In this document: piece by piece, positions 61,291-64,000 of the stretch
Layout: each line of letters starts with the position of its first letter
How positions within the stretch are numbered: position 1 is the first letter of the stretch
From: Laetmonice hystrix
Lineage: Eukaryota
Assembly (NCBI GenBank): GCA_965235115.1
Contig: OZ249436.1
Location: forward strand, 53,818,001-53,882,000
Direction: 5' to 3'
DNA length: 64,000 nucleotides
Program-made: the position numbers and the translations under genes
Notes under the pieces: model-generated
Database searches by the model: none
What the model was told of the DNA's origin: nothing
The model's input: only the letters and a program-made list of their open reading frames with translations

Positions 61291-62161
61291 TGTCTTGTCC
61301 ATATATATCCGGACAATTAATTAACTAGAGGTCATTTTGTCTACTTTTCCATGTCATTCATGTCGCCAAAGTTATACGTTACGACGTTTAGTCGACAGGG
61401 GTTGACCAACAGATCGCATGGTGGTAAAAACATACTGAATTGTCCCAGTGATTATTGACCACAGCCGACAGATACATGTTTTTTTTCTTTCTCTCGTTTT
61501 CTCTAATTTGATAGAACAATAATTTGTGTACTGTTGTTCTGTATAGATAGTCGCGGATATACGGGCCTCTAGTAAACGTTAGATGTGGCCTATCGGGTGG
61601 GCTAGAAAAAAAACTGGGACCCTTTTTCTAATTGACTGTAACTTTTATCATCGTTATATCAATGTTATAATATTTTGCACATAACAAATTTCAGATTGAT
61701 AGGTAAAAACGTCTACATTTCGTATTTTAAAAACTACATGTCAAAAATTGCAATGACGGACTAGGGTAATCAACATGGTGCCACACGTCTTAGACATGCA
61801 GGGTTGGTGCCAATGTGTCTGAATGACGTGACATCTGTCAATCAAATCCCACCTGCCTAAACAGGTGGCCGGTCAGACTCTGTTTTGACACATTTCATCA
61901 GAAACTTTACACAGAGCAGGGTGTTTTCGAAATTGTCAGCATGGTGATGATGACAGAGCTGTTATTGCAGCTTGTTATCTGGGAGAAGGATGGATTTACA
62001 GCATTTGGTAATCGGACGTGTATCTGTCACATTTTGAATAGGATATGCTGAGCTGTTGTGTCAGTATTTCAGACGGTCACATTGCTGGTCCATCCATTGT
62101 TCTCCGACCCATTATTTCTGAACTTTGAAATTGTATCCTGTATTTATGTCCAAATATGGCA

Positions 62162-62423
62162 GCGGAATCGGAGTGGAGCCAGGAGGACAGCGGAGCGGAA
62201 TCGGAGTGGAGCCAGGAGGACAGCGGAGCGGAATCGGAGTGGAGCCAGGAGGACAGCGGAGCGGAATCGGAGTGGAGCCAGAGGACAGCGGAGCGGAATC
62301 GGAGTGGAGCCAGAGGACAGCGGAGCGGAATCGGAGTGGAGCCAAGAGGACAGCGGAGCGGAATCGGAGTGGAGCCAGGAGGACAGCGGAGCGGAATCGG
62401 AGTGGAGCCAGAGGACAGCGGAG
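62162..62423. repeat. 32/33-bp minisatellite (GCGGAATCGGAGTGGAGCCAGGAGGACAGCGGA), 8 copies
   Basis: Directly visible, ~1.6 kb downstream of the GPCR stop. Confidence 0.95.
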
Positions 62424-62901
62424 ATATATTTTTCCACTACCTTTTCTTACATTTTCTTAGTGATTTTTTTGTCTTCTTAATTTTCTTGTGTAAAGTTAAG
62501 ATTTGGTTTCCATTAATAGCAAGAGAAAGGGCGCATTAACAGTCAGTCGATGGATTTCTTAGGCCCTATTGCAAAAAAGATATCAGAATCAGAGTGGGCG
62601 AGGGCCACCCAACAAAACGGCAACCCCGCTATATATTGTATGTGACATACGAGAAACTCAGTCCCACAGAGCTGTGGTCGGCCTAGCAGGTGCGTCTCGC
62701 ATTGCGGTGCCAGAAGGGACTACATATAATAACTGCTGCAGATATAAGAGACCACAGAGCCAAAGGGAGGAAGGCCGGCTTCCTGTAGATATGGAATCAC
62801 CGATTTATTCGTGGGCGTAAACTACATGTACATCAGAATCTGTAGGGGGCCTATACACAACGGTAAATGCAACGCGAGTGTTTCACGGATACCTCGTCAA
62901 A

Positions 62902-62959
62902 ATCTTATCTTGGGTATGATATCTTATCTTGGGTATGATATCTTATCTTGGGTATGATA
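62902..62959. repeat. 19-bp tandem triplication (ATCTTATCTTGGGTATGAT)
   Basis: Three exact copies. Confidence 0.9.
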
Positions 62960-63015
62960 CGCGTTGATATTGAAAACAGAATATTTAGACATAGGGTCTA
63001 TTCCTGCATCAGCTA

Positions 63016-63046
<31 letters not shown>

Positions 63047-64000
63047 ATCTTTAAAATATAGGCGACAGTGAAGCTGAAGCTAAATATAAGATACAATATT
63101 ATTCTTGACTTTTACTAAAATGACACCTTCCAAGGGGTATACACATAAACCTGAAAATAAAAGAAGTCTGGATTGAACAACTTTCCAATTACCCACAAAT
63201 TAAGAAATCCTGGATCTGATCCAAATTAGCCAACATGCTAATATGGACCGGTGTCTGGTTAAATTATTGGTCCATCGTATATCTTGGTTTGATTAGGCAT
63301 ACGCCTCGTTTGTATTACTTACTTTGCTATATACATGTGCGCATTAAAATGCAAATTTTAAAAAGGCTGTTACATGATCACTGAAACCTAACAGAAAACT
63401 AATATGATAAGTGCTTGTATAGACATTACTATGCATATCACCGGTCCAATTTAGCCTCCCGCCCCTGCTGGTTCAATTTAGCATTTGCATAGCCTATATT
63501 CTGGATCACGTGTGTGTTGAATACGTAACAAGATTTTAAGAAGTAAATCTGGTATAAAACGTAGCCTACTTTAACATGAGAGTGATCTCAACTGATCAAA
63601 GCGATGGCCCTCACAGTTTCTTATAGAGAATACCCATATATTAACACGAAGATATTACATCAGACCCCACAAAAAGTGTTGTCTTGTTTGGCCTCTAGGC
63701 CACTGGTGAAAATTATCGGCTGGTCCAAATTACCCAGCTTTCCCCTACTGCATTAGGCCTAGACCTAGCCCAACCTTTTAAACACACCAAACACCAGTAA
63801 CCCATCACCCCTGCTGACTTTGATCAATCCGAACCCCACGGTACGACGCTAGGTTAGCAATACGATCGAGTGATGAAATCGGCCTACTGGAAGGTTGTCA
63901 CTTAAGGCAGAAACGGCTGGTGTGACAGGAATCCAATTCCCCCTTCAGGAGTGAACTGACGGACCTGCATTCCTTGGCCTTAAAGTCCATGATGTAATTG

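Noticed and set aside
61594..61760. Tc1/mariner-like terminus (CGGGTGGGCTAGAAAAAAAACTGGGACCC)
   Set aside because: No partner TIR or transposase remnant found; too weak to call.
62058..62539. Repetitive ORFs in five frames
   Set aside because: Product of the 32/33-bp minisatellite.

Overview
Eukaryotic (animal, probably marine invertebrate/lophotrochozoan-like; species cannot be determined from sequence) genomic window that is mostly non-coding. The only convincing protein-coding feature is an uninterrupted class A GPCR CDS at 59311-60585 (+), a somatostatin/allatostatin-C receptor family member. It sits in an exon that appears to begin at a canonical splice acceptor (58864) and carries a uORF-rich leader. 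Upstream lies a ~14 kb satellite (40473-54538) of 36/37-bp monomers with irregular higher-order structure and repeated internal copies of its own 3' boundary. The rest is a dense mosaic of non-autonomous DNA transposons. These include two inverted copies of a PIF/Harbinger deletion derivative with HARBI1-like transposase remnants and nested insertions, several Tourist-like, hAT-like and Kolobok-like MITEs, and Helentron/HINE-like elements. tRNA-derived SINEs and five minisatellites are also present. Nearly all other ORFs in the track are spurious. I found no convincing new gene system; the most interesting signals are structural (satellite architecture, nested and tandem transposon history, GPCR leader).
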